Shown: positions 20,450 to 31,429, numbered from the stretch's first letter. The stretch is 64,000 nucleotides of DNA from Trichormus sp. ATA11-4-KO1 (GCA_019358915.1 JAHHIM010000021.1:1-64000); one strand, 5' to 3'. Numbers and translations are program-made. The notes: generated by a model not told the origin, from the letters alone.

Positions 20450-22093
20450 TCACTTCACTACAAAACCTAACCAGGGTTTAATGTTTCCTGGTAAATCAGT
20501 ACTAAAGCGTAGGGGGAGTTCTGCTGTCGAGAAGGATTGGGCGTAAGTGGGTGTGAGGAATTGTTGATAAATCTGGGCTTGTGGTGTGTCTTGTTTAATA
20601 AACGCTAAAGTGACACCACGAATTAGCTGGCGTAAGGAATTGGTTTCTGCGCCTCGCTTTTCTCTGACGATCGCAGTTGCTGCACTCACCGGATATGCTG
20701 GATCGGTAATACTCAAGTGAGTTGCACCAATAGCGGTTAACAAATACTTAGAACCTCGCAGTTGCTGAAAAGGTCGGATTTGATGGTTTAAGGCTGGAGT
20801 GAGAGCGTCTTCGGTTCCCGTTAAGATGAAAACTGGTTTGGTAATTTTACTGATACCATTCGTACCAAATAGTCTACCAACAAGCGGATTGAGAGCGATC
20901 GCACTCTTAACTCGTTTATCTTGCAACTGTGGTTTGCTCTCTTTTAAAGTCGCCGCCGCACATTGCAACCAATCACCGGGAGATTCACCAAAGGACAAAG
21001 AAGTTTTACAGAATTCTCGCAATTCTTTTAAATCTACTTCTCCACCAACTAAGGCTAAAGCTGTATAACCTCCCAAGGAGTGACCGATGACATTTACTTT
21101 CTCGGTGTTGAGCTTTCCTTGAAGTTGTCCCGGTTGGGTATTGAGTCTTTCTAGTTCATTGAGTAAAAAGCTGACATCTTTTGGTCGTTCAATAAATTCA
21201 CTAGCTGGTAGTAGTTGCGCCAAGTTTACTTGATTGGCAGTGTTATTAATCGCAACAGAGTTACTACCAGGATGTTCAATGGCTGCAACAGCGACTCCGT
21301 GGGAAGCTAAATGACGCGCTAAATAGCTAAAAAATCGGCGGTTGGCTCCAAAGCCGTGGGAAATTACCACCAGTGGTGCTTGAGTGTCACTTTGACTCCA
21401 ATAAATGTCTACAGGAATGCGGCGATTTCGTTGTCTGTCTTGTAGAGTTAGAGTTTGCTGTTGAACTGTGTTTTGTCCTGGGGCGGTTGGGTCAAAACTT
21501 GGCTGAAAAGGTGTATTGTTTTTTACTAATAATTCTCGTTCTAGTAAAACCCCAAGGGCTTGACTTTGCAAGTTGTTGGCATTAAATTCTAATGCGATTT
21601 GTAGTGCTTGAGTTGCGTCTACGGTAATATTTTCTTCTGGGTAGGCGCGCAAAAAACCAATGGCACTTAAACCGTTGACTTGACGTAGAGAGAGGTTAAG
21701 TGCTGCTTGGAGGCTTTCTATGGTACTACCTGGTATTGCTGCGCCCAAGGAAGCAATTAATTGTTTGCCTTGTGGCGATCGCACTAGTTCAGCGACGAAT
21801 TTATCTGCAAAAGCTGGGTCTACTTGCAACCTGCGATTCAGTAATTCTTGTAATTGAGGCGTTAATAAAGCACTAAAAATTTGTAAGTGTTCTGGCAGTT
21901 TCCCGGTTTTGGCAAAGTTTTCGATATCGGCGATCGCCAGTGACTGTTGAAATGGGCCTAAGTTAATGGTAACTGTTTCTGCTGCTGTGGTAGCAGGAAT
22001 ACCCATACCCCAACTCACAGCCAAGGTTAAGCTGCACAGTAATCCTTTGAGGAAGGATGTTTGAGGTCGATTTTTACCAAACCAAAAGTACAT
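20450..22093 (-). CDS. Alpha/beta hydrolase with N-terminal DUF1400
   Basis: Signal peptide, AAETV, SHGFG and GHSLGG nucleophile motif. Confidence 0.9.
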   Translation of the reverse strand: MYFWFGKNRPQTSFLKGLLCSLTLAVSWGMGIPATTAAETVTINLGPFQQSLAIADIENFAKTGKLPEHLQIFSALLTPQLQELLNRRLQVDPAFADKFVAELVRSPQGKQLIASLGAAIPGSTIESLQAALNLSLRQVNGLSAIGFLRAYPEENITVDATQALQIALEFNANNLQSQALGVLLERELLVKNNTPFQPSFDPTAPGQNTVQQQTLTLQDRQRNRRIPVDIYWSQSDTQAPLVVISHGFGANRRFFSYLARHLASHGVAVAAIEHPGSNSVAINNTANQVNLAQLLPASEFIERPKDVSFLLNELERLNTQPGQLQGKLNTEKVNVIGHSLGGYTALALVGGEVDLKELREFCKTSLSFGESPGDWLQCAAATLKESKPQLQDKRVKSAIALNPLVGRLFGTNGISKITKPVFILTGTEDALTPALNHQIRPFQQLRGSKYLLTAIGATHLSITDPAYPVSAATAIVREKRGAETNSLRQLIRGVTLAFIKQDTPQAQIYQQFLTPTYAQSFSTAELPLRFSTDLPGNIKPWLGFVVK

Positions 22094-22199
22094 ACAAACG
22101 AGTATTTAAAAGGTAGCTCAATGCATTGACTACCATTATGGGTTTGAAGTTGCGATCGCTAGTTAGTCTCCGCAACTTCAAACTCATGACAAACGACCT

Positions 22200-23741
22200 C
22201 TAAAACAGACCAAATAAAGCCCTGAACACTCCCAATAAACCGCCCAGGGGATTAACTACTGTACCCACACTATCACCAACTGAGGCTAAACCAGAACGGT
22301 TAACAATGACAACATCATTATTGCGGAGTATGGGATTAGTCTCTTCATTAATTCCTTGGGAGAAATTAACCTTGACTTCTCGCTTAGTCACAGAACCATT
22401 GGGGTTCAGACGAACTAAATCTACAGTGGTTGTTCTAGCTCTAGCATCGTTGAAGCCGCCAGCCGCCAGCAATGCTTGATTCAAAGAGCTATTGGGCCTG
22501 ATTTCTACGGCTCCTGGTCTTTTGACTTCGCCCACCACACCAACTTGAATTGTTGCTGGAGACAAAGTAGTACTAGCTAATTGAGTGGCTTCTGCTGGGT
22601 TGACCTCCGTAGCAGTCGGAATAATAATGGTATCGCCGTCCTGCACAATTATGTCTTGGTCGATATCACCACTCTGTAATAATCGCCAGAGGTCAATATC
22701 TATGTTTTGTTCTGAACCGGTTCTTGTCGGTCGGCGGAGCTTGAGATTACGAACATCCGCTTGTGATGTAATTCCCCCAGCTAATTGCAGGGCGCGCATG
22801 ACAGTGGGTAAACCACCAGTTGTTGTTGTTGTTGTTGCACCATCCTGTCCACCGCCGCCACCAGGGCCGACTAGATATGAGCCGGGACGATTAACTTCAC
22901 CAATAATTGCCACAGTGCGAGGTGTGGTAGAGCTAGCAGCAAAGTTAGCGGCAAACAGATTGCGTGCTTCTGCTACGTTGAAGTTAGTTGCAGTTGGCAC
23001 AACAATGGTGTCACCATCGCGTAGGGTAATATCCTGGTCTATGTTCCCTGTTTGAATCAGGTCTTTTAAATTAAGAGTAACAACTTGCTCAGAAGTGCGT
23101 CCTATCTTACGTTTTAATTGCACTTGAGTGACATCGGCGGCTAAAGTTACGCCCTGGGCTGTGGTGAGTGCAGCTAATACAGTTGGGTATTGTACCCCTG
23201 GATTGTTACCCGCGCCTCCTTGCAAATTCAAAGTGTAAGCTCCTGGGCGTGTAACTTCTCCAGCCACCAAAATATTTATAGGACGAGGTGATAACAGGTT
23301 GACTGAAATTAAAGGACGCTTGAGAAAGCGAGCGTACCTTCTGGCAATTTCATCAGCAGCTTGTTCGGTTGTTAGTCCCAGAACAGGTACACTGCCAATT
23401 AAAGGTAAGTTGATAGATCCACCTGGAGGAATTTGATATTCACCTGTATATTCAGGTACTTCAAATACATTTACACGAATGAGATCACCGCCTCCTAAAG
23501 AGTAATTAGTATCTATTGGTATAGTAGGTGATGCTTGTTGTGTACTGGGTATTATGGGCTGTGTATTTGGTGTTCCTGGTTGTATCGTTTGTGGTACTAA
23601 TTGTCCCTGAGCTAGGCTGGCAGACGGTGCTGCAACATTGACAGCCGTTAACAAAGCCACACCCATAATTGGCTGGGTGAGGAATTTCAGCAAACCTGTG
23701 TTAAGCATATTTACCTGAGACTCTGAGACTGTGATCGCCAT
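22200..23741 (-). CDS. Polysaccharide export protein (Wza/KpsD-like, Poly_export plus SLBB repeats)
   Basis: YSLGGGD.I.V.VF..PE and three GEV.RPG SLBB repeats with L.DGD.I.VP. Start may be 23708. Confidence 0.9.
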   Translation of the reverse strand: MAITVSESQVNMLNTGLLKFLTQPIMGVALLTAVNVAAPSASLAQGQLVPQTIQPGTPNTQPIIPSTQQASPTIPIDTNYSLGGGDLIRVNVFEVPEYTGEYQIPPGGSINLPLIGSVPVLGLTTEQAADEIARRYARFLKRPLISVNLLSPRPINILVAGEVTRPGAYTLNLQGGAGNNPGVQYPTVLAALTTAQGVTLAADVTQVQLKRKIGRTSEQVVTLNLKDLIQTGNIDQDITLRDGDTIVVPTATNFNVAEARNLFAANFAASSTTPRTVAIIGEVNRPGSYLVGPGGGGGQDGATTTTTTGGLPTVMRALQLAGGITSQADVRNLKLRRPTRTGSEQNIDIDLWRLLQSGDIDQDIIVQDGDTIIIPTATEVNPAEATQLASTTLSPATIQVGVVGEVKRPGAVEIRPNSSLNQALLAAGGFNDARARTTTVDLVRLNPNGSVTKREVKVNFSQGINEETNPILRNNDVVIVNRSGLASVGDSVGTVVNPLGGLLGVFRALFGLF

Positions 23742-24000
23742 AGTACTTTTTAAACATCTTGATATGACTATATTTAATTATTCAAGTTCCCCAATTCAAG
23801 TTACCCAACATTCTTATTTTCCTAGAAAAGTGTCATTTTCCGGAGAGATATTATTGATTAACTTTAAATTTTTAGTAAAGTTAGCTTAAAGTTAAACTAA
23901 ATTGTATGACAAGATATTTATCAATCAAATTCTGGTATAAATTAGCTTCTTTTTTGCTTATATTGTAGCGAAATAATAGTAGCAAAAATTACTATTTTAT

Positions 24001-24537
24001 TCACGGATGAAAATCAAAACTTAGTGCGGATCTGTATTCTATTTGATACACATCCATTTTGATACCATGAAACATAGTTTCTCTTGTATATTGCATACCT
24101 AACTTTTCCAGAACTCTCATCGATGCTATGTTAGCTCGTTCAACAATACCAAGAATGTATGCAAAATTGAATCGTTCAAATCCATATTGCAGAGTAGCTG
24201 ATGCTGCCTCTGTTGCTAAATTTTGACCCCAAAACTTTGGACTTAGACGATATCTGATTTCAATTTCGTCTTTTTGATCAATTTGCTCTACTGCTATTCC
24301 GCAATATCCAATTAACTCGTTATTTTCCTTCAAGAAAACAGCCAATTTTCCAAAACCATACTTTGCATAGGACACAATGAAGCTCTCAATTTTTTCTTGA
24401 GTTTCCGAGCTTGAAAGTATACCCGTTCGAGAAAATTTCATCACTTGTGGGTCAGCAAGTATGGATGCAAGTTGCTGAAAATCTTCTCGTCTAAATTCTC
24501 TAAGAATAAGTCGCGGTGTTTCGAGGTAGGTCGGCAT
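24001..24537 (-). CDS. GNAT N-acetyltransferase (RimJ/RimL type)
   Basis: LETPRLILR, IGYCG, FWGQ.LATEA and N.AS.RVLEKLGM. The longer ORF upstream runs through repeat DNA. Confidence 0.88.
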   Translation of the reverse strand: MPTYLETPRLILREFRREDFQQLASILADPQVMKFSRTGILSSSETQEKIESFIVSYAKYGFGKLAVFLKENNELIGYCGIAVEQIDQKDEIEIRYRLSPKFWGQNLATEAASATLQYGFERFNFAYILGIVERANIASMRVLEKLGMQYTRETMFHGIKMDVYQIEYRSALSFDFHP

Positions 24538-24747
24538 AATTAACGAAGGAAGAGGGAAGAAGAAAGAAGGAAGAGGTCTTCTTTCTTCTTGCCAAAAGGG
24601 TTGAAATCTCCCACCACATCTATGATTTGGTAGTCTACAATTGGTGGTGGGTTTCAATCCCCACTTCGACAGATGATACAGTGAGCGGCTCCGAGTGACT
24701 TGTACTGAGCCTTCTGACTCCAAACTTCTTCCTTCTTTATCACAATA

Positions 24748-25728
24748 CTAATTAACCAAGTTATTTTGCTGTAACTGTTGAATAAAGAAATCTTCTAAGG
24801 AGTGGCGAGATAAATTCATAGAAATAATCTGTCCCCCCATTAGACGGAGACTACCCAGAAAATCATAGTAATCTTCTGGTAGTGTGCCTTGCCAAGAACC
24901 ATCATGCTCAAAGACTAAATTAGGTATCCATTTTTTGAGAATTTCCCAGTCACCACCTTGACCTTTGACATGATATGTGCTGCCAGTACCTAATAGTTCA
25001 TGGAGGGAACCAGAACAAATCAATTCCCCTTGAGAGAGGATAGCAACGCGATCGCAAATTTGTTCTACTTCACTGAGAATATGGCTGTTGAAAAAAATCG
25101 TTTTACCTGCGGCTTTCAGTGATAAGATAATTTCCCGCATTTGGTAACGTCCCACAGGATCTAAACCAGACATTGGTTCATCAAGAAATATCAATTCTGG
25201 ATCATTAATCAGTGCCTGTGCCATACCCACACGCTGTAACATCCCTTTAGAATAGCGGCGCATCAGTTTTTTACGTGCATCGGCTAGGGATAAACCGACT
25301 AATTCCAGCAGTTGGGGAATGCGTTGACGTTGTACACTTGGGGGAATTTGGAATAACCCAGCTGCTAGCTGCAAAAATTCCCAGCCAGTGAGATAGTCAT
25401 ATAAATAGGCATTTTCTGGGAGGTAGCCAATAAGTTGTTTGGTATGGCGATCGCCTAATGGCTTGCCTAATAATAATCCCTTTCCAGATGTAGGACGAAT
25501 AATGCCCAATAACAATTTTAGCAGGGTGGTTTTACCAGCACCATTTGGCCCCAGCAATCCAAAGGTTTCCCCTTTATATACTGTGACAGAACAGCTTTTG
25601 AGCGATACAACTTTTTGATTCAGCCAAAACCCCGTGCGATAGACTTTTCGCAAATCAGAAGTTAGGACTACTGGCGGCTTGTCTATATTATTCAGTGGCA
25701 AATCCAGGGTGTCTGCACCAGACTTCAT
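24748..25728 (-). CDS. ABC transporter ATP-binding protein
   Basis: GPNGAGKTT, YSKGMLQR, FLDEP and NSH motifs. Confidence 0.93.
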   Translation of the reverse strand: MKSGADTLDLPLNNIDKPPVVLTSDLRKVYRTGFWLNQKVVSLKSCSVTVYKGETFGLLGPNGAGKTTLLKLLLGIIRPTSGKGLLLGKPLGDRHTKQLIGYLPENAYLYDYLTGWEFLQLAAGLFQIPPSVQRQRIPQLLELVGLSLADARKKLMRRYSKGMLQRVGMAQALINDPELIFLDEPMSGLDPVGRYQMREIILSLKAAGKTIFFNSHILSEVEQICDRVAILSQGELICSGSLHELLGTGSTYHVKGQGGDWEILKKWIPNLVFEHDGSWQGTLPEDYYDFLGSLRLMGGQIISMNLSRHSLEDFFIQQLQQNNLVN

Positions 25729-25952
25729 CTTGGTTCAAATATATTAATTGCAGGTTACCCAATAGTTTGAAAAATCAGATGACTACTGAGTTTGTCAATT
25801 ATTGCCAACCTAATAGCTAATTGACACTAAAAGCATCAATTTTGCCAAGTATAGCGGTAGTAACATAGGTGGGGAAAGTGTTGATTGCTCAAAGCTTTGA
25901 AGCAATTGAGCTTTTAATCAGCACTCAGCACTTGGCTATAATTCTGACTATC

Positions 25953-26579
25953 CTACAGGATACCCTTGGAACTGGGAATTGTACCAGCACGACGGGGATC
26001 AATTTCCACCGCCATACGAGTAGCCCTAGCAAAAGCTTTAAATGTCGCTTCAATAATATGATGAGAATTAATGCCATCCAGTTGGCGAATATGCAATGTC
26101 ATTTGGCTATGGTTTACCAATGCTACAAAAAATTCCCGTACTAGTTGAGTGTCATAAGTTCCCACGCGCTGGGTAGGAATATCCAAGCCATAGCTGAGGT
26201 GTGGACGTCCAGAGAAATCCAAAGCCACTTGCACTAAAGCTTCGTCCAATGGTGCGAGAAAATTACCAAAACGCACAATACCTTTTCTATTGCCTAGTGC
26301 CTGACTGAAAGCTTGCCCTAAAGTGATACCCACATCTTCATTTGTGTGGTGGTCATCAATTTCCCAGTCTCCCTTGGCTTGGACATTTAAGTCAATCAGT
26401 CCGTGGGAAGCAATTTGATGCAACATGTGATCCAAAAACGGAATCCCGGTTGCTGCTGTACAAATTCCTGTCCCATCCAAGTTGATGGTAACTTGCACAT
26501 CAGTTTCACCCGTAGTGCGGTGAACAGAGGCAATGCGAGAAGTTTGAGTTAAATTAATTTGGCGTTCGCTTGTTTGCAT
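25953..26579 (-). CDS. hisB: Imidazoleglycerol-phosphate dehydratase
   Basis: [20 protein letters not shown] and [11 protein letters not shown] motifs. Confidence 0.97.
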   Translation of the reverse strand: MQTSERQINLTQTSRIASVHRTTGETDVQVTINLDGTGICTAATGIPFLDHMLHQIASHGLIDLNVQAKGDWEIDDHHTNEDVGITLGQAFSQALGNRKGIVRFGNFLAPLDEALVQVALDFSGRPHLSYGLDIPTQRVGTYDTQLVREFFVALVNHSQMTLHIRQLDGINSHHIIEATFKAFARATRMAVEIDPRRAGTIPSSKGIL

Positions 26580-26596
26580 AGGTAATGGGGACAAAT

Positions 26597-26657
26597 TAAT
26601 TAAAAATTAAAAATTAAAAATTAAGAATTTTACATTTTTAATTTTTAATTTTTAATT
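26597..26657. repeat. Inverted pair of 7-bp tandem repeats (TAAAAAT / ATTTTTA)
   Basis: Read directly between fabI and hisB; can form an AT-rich hairpin. Confidence 0.7.
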
Positions 26658-26675
26658 CTCTATGTCCAAATTATC

Positions 26676-27452
26676 TTACATTCCCATGATTTCATATCCT
26701 GCATCTACATACAGGACTTGCCCAGTAATGCCACTAGCTAAATCGCTGGATAAGAATGCAGCTGTGTTGCCGACTTCTTGCTGGGTGACGGTGCGTCGTA
26801 GGGGGGCTACTTGTTCTACATGGTGAATCATATCTAAGATTCCGCCTACTGCTGACGATGCCAATGTCCGAATTGGCCCGGCGGAGATGGCATTTACCCG
26901 AATGTTTTTTGGCCCTAGTTCAGCCGCTAAATAACGCACACTTGCTTCTAATCCGGCTTTTGCTACTCCCATAACGTTGTAGTTGGGAACAGCCCTAACC
27001 CCGCCTAAATAAGTCAGGGTAATAATACTACCACCCTCTGTCATCAGTGGTTTTGCTGCACCACTTAACTGGACTAAAGAGTAAGTGCTGATTTCTAAAG
27101 CAGTTTGGAAACCAGAACGAGAAGTTTGGCTAAAACCTCCACTCAAATCGTCTTTGTTGGCAAAGGCAAGACAATGGATGAGAATGTCTAGTTTTCCCCA
27201 CTTTTCACGGATTGCTGCAAAAGTAGATTGAATTTGTTCGTCATTTTGCACATTACAGGGAACAAATAAACTGGGGTTGAGAGGTTCTACCAATTCTGCA
27301 ACTTTTTTCTCCATTTTGCCTCGGTCATCTGGCAGGTAGGTAATACCCAAGTTAGCTCCCGCTTTGTGCAGTTGTTGAGCAATCCCCCAGGCGATGGAGC
27401 GGTTATTGGCAATACCTGTAACCAGGGCATTTTTTCCAGTCAGATTAAGCAT
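26676..27452 (-). CDS. fabI: Enoyl-ACP reductase
   Basis: GIANNRSIAWGIA, YNVMGVAKAGLE and NAISAGPIRTLA motifs. Confidence 0.97.
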   Translation of the reverse strand: MLNLTGKNALVTGIANNRSIAWGIAQQLHKAGANLGITYLPDDRGKMEKKVAELVEPLNPSLFVPCNVQNDEQIQSTFAAIREKWGKLDILIHCLAFANKDDLSGGFSQTSRSGFQTALEISTYSLVQLSGAAKPLMTEGGSIITLTYLGGVRAVPNYNVMGVAKAGLEASVRYLAAELGPKNIRVNAISAGPIRTLASSAVGGILDMIHHVEQVAPLRRTVTQQEVGNTAAFLSSDLASGITGQVLYVDAGYEIMGM

Positions 27453-27685
27453 AGAAAGTGTGAATGTGATCAATCATTAGGAGCATACTAGAATCTGAGG
27501 CGAGTTTGTCTTTGTTTTGCACAACATTTGCAAAAATGAATATTAGAGGGGCTGTTTTCAGAAAAATTTCTCTAGATAATCCTTAAGATATTCTCAAGAT
27601 ATCGTGAATTTTTTGCCAAAAAACCTGATGACCACAACTGTGCAAGTACTTATAACAACTACTAGCTAAAAAGATGAAAAATTAT

Positions 27686-27699
27686 GTATCATTATGAAC
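27686..27699 (+). promoter_or_regulatory. NtcA-binding site in the ntcA promoter
   Basis: GTATCATTATGAAC (GTA-N8-AAC); ntcA autoregulation is established in Nostocales. Confidence 0.7.
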
Positions 27700-27725
27700 A
27701 AATAACTGTGAAGTTGTGGGTTTGA

Positions 27726-27739
27726 GTATAGGAATGCAC
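27726..27739 (+). promoter_or_regulatory. Second NtcA-like site in the ntcA promoter
   Basis: GTATAGGAATGCAC (GTA-N8-CAC), 40 bp downstream of the previous site. Confidence 0.55.
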
Positions 27740-27827
27740 AGAAAGGTTGACGGTGCTTTATTAATTTTTCAGGTGTATTCTTAGGTAATCAGTTTTTGTT
27801 TTTCCGGCATTGGGTAGGGGAAGGGAG

Positions 27828-28499
27828 ATGATCGTGACACAAGATAAAGCCCTAGCAAATGTATTTCGTCAGATGGCGACCGGAGCGTTTCCGCCAGTTG
27901 TGGAAACGTTTGAACGCAATAAAACGATCTTTTTTCCCGGAGATCCTGCTGAACGAGTTTATTTCCTTTTAAAGGGTGCTGTGAAACTTTCCAGGGTGTA
28001 CGAAGCAGGAGAGGAAATAACGGTAGCACTGCTGCGGGAAAATAGTGTTTTTGGTGTGTTGTCATTGCTGACGGGAAATAAGTCCGATAGATTTTACCAT
28101 GCAGTAGCATTTACCCCGGTAGAATTGTTGTCAGCGCCCATTGAACAAGTGGAGCAAGCACTCAAGGAAAATCCAGAATTATCGATGTTAATGCTGCGGG
28201 GACTATCTTCGCGGATTTTACAGACAGAGATGATGATTGAAACCCTAGCTCACCGAGATATGGGATCGAGATTGGTGAGTTTTTTGTTGATTCTTTGTCG
28301 TGATTTTGGCATTCCTTGTGCAGATGGGATTACGATTGATCTCAAGCTATCTCATCAAGCGATCGCAGAAGCAATTGGCTCTACTCGTGTAACTGTAACC
28401 AGGTTACTAGGGGACTTGCGTGAGAAAAAGATGATTTCTATCCACAAAAAGAAGATTACCGTGCACAAACCTGTTACCTTAAGTAGGCAGTTCACTTAA
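27828..28499 (+). CDS. ntcA: Global nitrogen regulator NtcA (CRP family)
   Basis: [15 protein letters not shown]..., [13 protein letters not shown] and [19 protein letters not shown]; divergent from fabI. Confidence 0.98.
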   Translation: MIVTQDKALANVFRQMATGAFPPVVETFERNKTIFFPGDPAERVYFLLKGAVKLSRVYEAGEEITVALLRENSVFGVLSLLTGNKSDRFYHAVAFTPVELLSAPIEQVEQALKENPELSMLMLRGLSSRILQTEMMIETLAHRDMGSRLVSFLLILCRDFGIPCADGITIDLKLSHQAIAEAIGSTRVTVTRLLGDLREKKMISIHKKKITVHKPVTLSRQFT

Positions 28500-28691
28500 A
28501 AGCAATTGAGGGAGGTGGAGTGGCACGTGTTGTATTTTTAAAGATGACACCCATAGCTGGAGGTAAATCTAAAATCGTGAGTAGTTTCAGCTATTGCCAA
28601 CATTCCATCTTCCACAAGATAATGATCGAAAGTAGTAGGCTGTATCTGGAAGCAATATGCATCCGGCACAATGCGTGAACGGTAGCTGAAG

Positions 28692-30134
28692 ATGACCACC
28701 GGGTACATCCTGATCGCAGCAATTTTAATTTTGGGGGGTGTGATTGCCACTGTGGGCGATCGCATTGGCACGCGAGTTGGCAAAGCACGCCTCTCATTAT
28801 TTAAACTTCGTCCCAAAAACACGGCTGTACTAGTAACTATTTTTACTGGTGGGTTAATTTCGGCATCAACCTTAGGAATCTTATTTGCTGCTGATGAAGG
28901 ATTGCGGCAAGGAGTATTTGAGCTAGAGGATATTCAAAAAGACCTGAGGGACAAACGAGAACAGCTAAAAGTTGCAGAAACCCAAAAAAGCCAAGTAGAA
29001 AGTGAATTAGGCCAAGCTAGAAAAGAACAAGCAAAGGCACAGTCAGACTTACAAGCAATCAACAAGTCGTTGCAGGCAGCTAACGCCAAACAACAACAAA
29101 CCCAAGCCCAACTGAACCGCACCATTAGCCGACAGGCCCAAACCCAAGCACAACTCCAACGCACCCAAAGTCAGTTAGGTCAAGTAGTTAATCGCTATCA
29201 ACAAGCCATAACTGAATTGCAAAGCGTTTATGATCAAAGAGAAGCATTACAGGCAGCAGTTGAAGAACTCAGAGCAGAACGCGAACGACTGTATGCTGAA
29301 GCGAAAAAAGCCATAGACCAAGCCAAAACAGCTATTGATCAGCGTGATCGCAAAATTGCTGAACTCGATGGACTGATTCAAAAGCGTAATCAAGAAATAG
29401 CTGCGCGAGAGCAAGTGATCGCTACAAGGGAAGCTCGCCTCAAAGAATTAGAAAGACAACAAAATTATTTAGGACAAGAAGTGGCAAGACTGGAGAAGTC
29501 ATATCTTGACCTACGTGTAGGCAAGTTGGCGTTGGTTCGCGGTCAAGTTTTGGCTGCGGGCGTAATTCGCGTTAATCAAGACATAGTGACTGCCCGTCAG
29601 GTGGTAATGCAACTTTTACAGGAAGCTAACCGCAATGCCAACATTGAATTAACAGAACCTGGTGCCAGTCCGACAAATGAAGATATTTTACGCGTTACCC
29701 AAGAGATGCTTGATCAGCTGATCAAGCAGATTAATGATGGTCGAGAATACGTCGTGCGAATTTTCTCGGCTGGCAACTACGTTCGGGGAGAAAACCAGAT
29801 CGAATTTTTTGCAGATGCAGCACGAAATCAACTAGTATTTTCGGGAAGCGAGGTATTGGCTACAACTACTGCCGATCCCAAAACCATGACAACTTATCAG
29901 CTGCGGCAAAGACTGGATTTATTAATTTCTGCTTCTCAATTTCGTGCCCGTAATGCCGGAATTGTTGAAAGTGTACAAATAGATGGTACTTTTTTACGCT
30001 TTTTCTCTCAACTAAGGCAGTATGATCAACCGTTGGAAATTAAAGCGATCGCGGCGGAGGACACTTATACAGCTGGGCCGTTAAGAGTAAGACTATTGGC
30101 AATCCTCAACGGGGAAGTTATTTTTAGTACCTAA
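28692..30134 (+). CDS. DUF3084 coiled-coil membrane protein
   Basis: GGVIATVGDRIG.RVGK.RLSLF.LRP..TA N-terminus and long coiled coil; usual neighbour of ntcA. Confidence 0.88.
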   Translation: MTTGYILIAAILILGGVIATVGDRIGTRVGKARLSLFKLRPKNTAVLVTIFTGGLISASTLGILFAADEGLRQGVFELEDIQKDLRDKREQLKVAETQKSQVESELGQARKEQAKAQSDLQAINKSLQAANAKQQQTQAQLNRTISRQAQTQAQLQRTQSQLGQVVNRYQQAITELQSVYDQREALQAAVEELRAERERLYAEAKKAIDQAKTAIDQRDRKIAELDGLIQKRNQEIAAREQVIATREARLKELERQQNYLGQEVARLEKSYLDLRVGKLALVRGQVLAAGVIRVNQDIVTARQVVMQLLQEANRNANIELTEPGASPTNEDILRVTQEMLDQLIKQINDGREYVVRIFSAGNYVRGENQIEFFADAARNQLVFSGSEVLATTTADPKTMTTYQLRQRLDLLISASQFRARNAGIVESVQIDGTFLRFFSQLRQYDQPLEIKAIAAEDTYTAGPLRVRLLAILNGEVIFST

Positions 30135-30178
30135 TAATATTTAAATCAAAATATTTATCGGATTTAAAAGTATTTGAT

Positions 30179-30625
30179 ATGACTTTCAGTGAATTTTCAC
30201 CAACACAACCAGTTATCTTGGGCTTTGATCCAGGTAAAGATAAGTGTGGTTTAGCAGTCATGGGATTGGATCGACAACTATATTATCACCAAGTTGTGCC
30301 CGCACAAAAAGCGATCGCTACCATTGAAACACTGCGTCAACAGTTTCCGGTTTCCTTGCTGGTTATGGGTGACCAAACCACAGCTAAACGGTGGAAACAG
30401 CAACTCCATCAGGAATTGACAGAGCAGCTAAATATCATCTTAGTAGATGAGCGCTACAGTACCTTAGAAGCACGCGATCGCTATTGGCAGATGTACCCAC
30501 CTAAAGGACTAACAAAGTTATTGCCACAGGGGATGAGACAGCCACCACGACCCATAGATGACATTGTTGCTCTCTTGTTGATTGAAAGATACTTAAATCG
30601 CTTAACTACAAGTGCTGAGTGCTGA
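30179..30625 (+). CDS. yqgF: YqgF family nuclease (pre-16S rRNA processing / RuvX-like)
   Basis: ILGFDPG..KCGLA, VDERYST.EA and DDIVA..L motifs. Confidence 0.88.
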   Translation: MTFSEFSPTQPVILGFDPGKDKCGLAVMGLDRQLYYHQVVPAQKAIATIETLRQQFPVSLLVMGDQTTAKRWKQQLHQELTEQLNIILVDERYSTLEARDRYWQMYPPKGLTKLLPQGMRQPPRPIDDIVALLLIERYLNRLTTSAEC

Positions 30626-30757
30626 GTGCTGAGTGCTGAGTCAAGAATTAGCCTCTAGCTTCTAGTCCCTGTGCAAGTGCTGAGTGCTGAGTCAAGAACT
30701 AGCCTCTAGCTTTTAGTCCTTGTGCAAGTGCTGAGTGTAATGACTAATGACCAACGA
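30612..30757. repeat. 7-bp tandem repeats (GTGCTGA, TAATGAC) and a duplicated unit of about 50 bp
   Basis: GTGCTGA x4, then two copies of CAAGAA(T/C)TAGCCTCTAGCTT(C/T)TAGTCC..GTGCAAGTGCTGAG, between convergent genes. Confidence 0.85.
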
Positions 30758-31048
30758 CTATAATTCAGCCCGAATAATAAAGGCATAATCTCCTCCAGGT
30801 TCTAGCTGATAATCTTGTTTCTCTAAAAAGCGGCCAAGAGGTTCTTTAATCAAGGCGCGACCTTGGGAAGGTTTGACGGACAGTTCTCCCCGGCGGAAAT
30901 GCCACTGGAAATGCCACTCGAAGTCACCCGCGCTAACTTCACCCTCAAGAAAGCCGTGTTGCCAGGATTGGCGGATAATTCTGACATGGGCAATGGTTTC
31001 TGGCAGACGTTTGGCACTCACAATGCTTGGTGTCACGTGTGGAATCAT
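30758..31048 (-). CDS. DUF3146 family protein
   Basis: LPETIAHVRI..QSW..G..EGEV.AG.F.W.F.W.F..G.L.V.PS.GRALI.EPL.RFL...DYQLEPGGDY. Start may be GTG 31021. Confidence 0.85.
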   Translation of the reverse strand: MIPHVTPSIVSAKRLPETIAHVRIIRQSWQHGFLEGEVSAGDFEWHFQWHFRRGELSVKPSQGRALIKEPLGRFLEKQDYQLEPGGDYAFIIRAEL

Positions 31049-31429
31049 AGCCGAATAAATAGGCTACTTCTTTTATTTACCAAACTTCTCTTAAATCGAC
31101 AAATAGACAAAGTGAGTATTTGCAGTTGATCATGTTGAACTGTCGGATGATTTAACCAGCAGCTACTAGCTACTTGCCAAAAAACAGACTTAATGCATTA
31201 AAACGCAATCTATCCTAAATAATTGAACAAGAAGGAGGATCATTCTTCTTCCTTCTGACTTGAAAGTGGTGAGTGCGCTTGTCCTGAGCGAAGTCGAAGG
31301 GGAGTGCTGAGTGCTGAGTAAAAATTCCAGTCTCTAGCTTCTAGTCTCTCTTTCATACTTGGCTGTGAAACTCGTTTCATCGGAACTTCCCTCTGATTTC
31401 TGACTTCGTTAAACCTGTATTTATCATTT

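Noticed and set aside
24598..24662. GTTTCAATCCCC resembling a cyanobacterial CRISPR repeat end
   Set aside because: Single occurrence forming an inverted pair with GGGTTGAAAT; fits a dispersed palindromic repeat rather than an array.
30612..30740. Possible CRISPR array
   Set aside because: Only two near-identical units separated by heptamers; no unique spacers and no cas genes.
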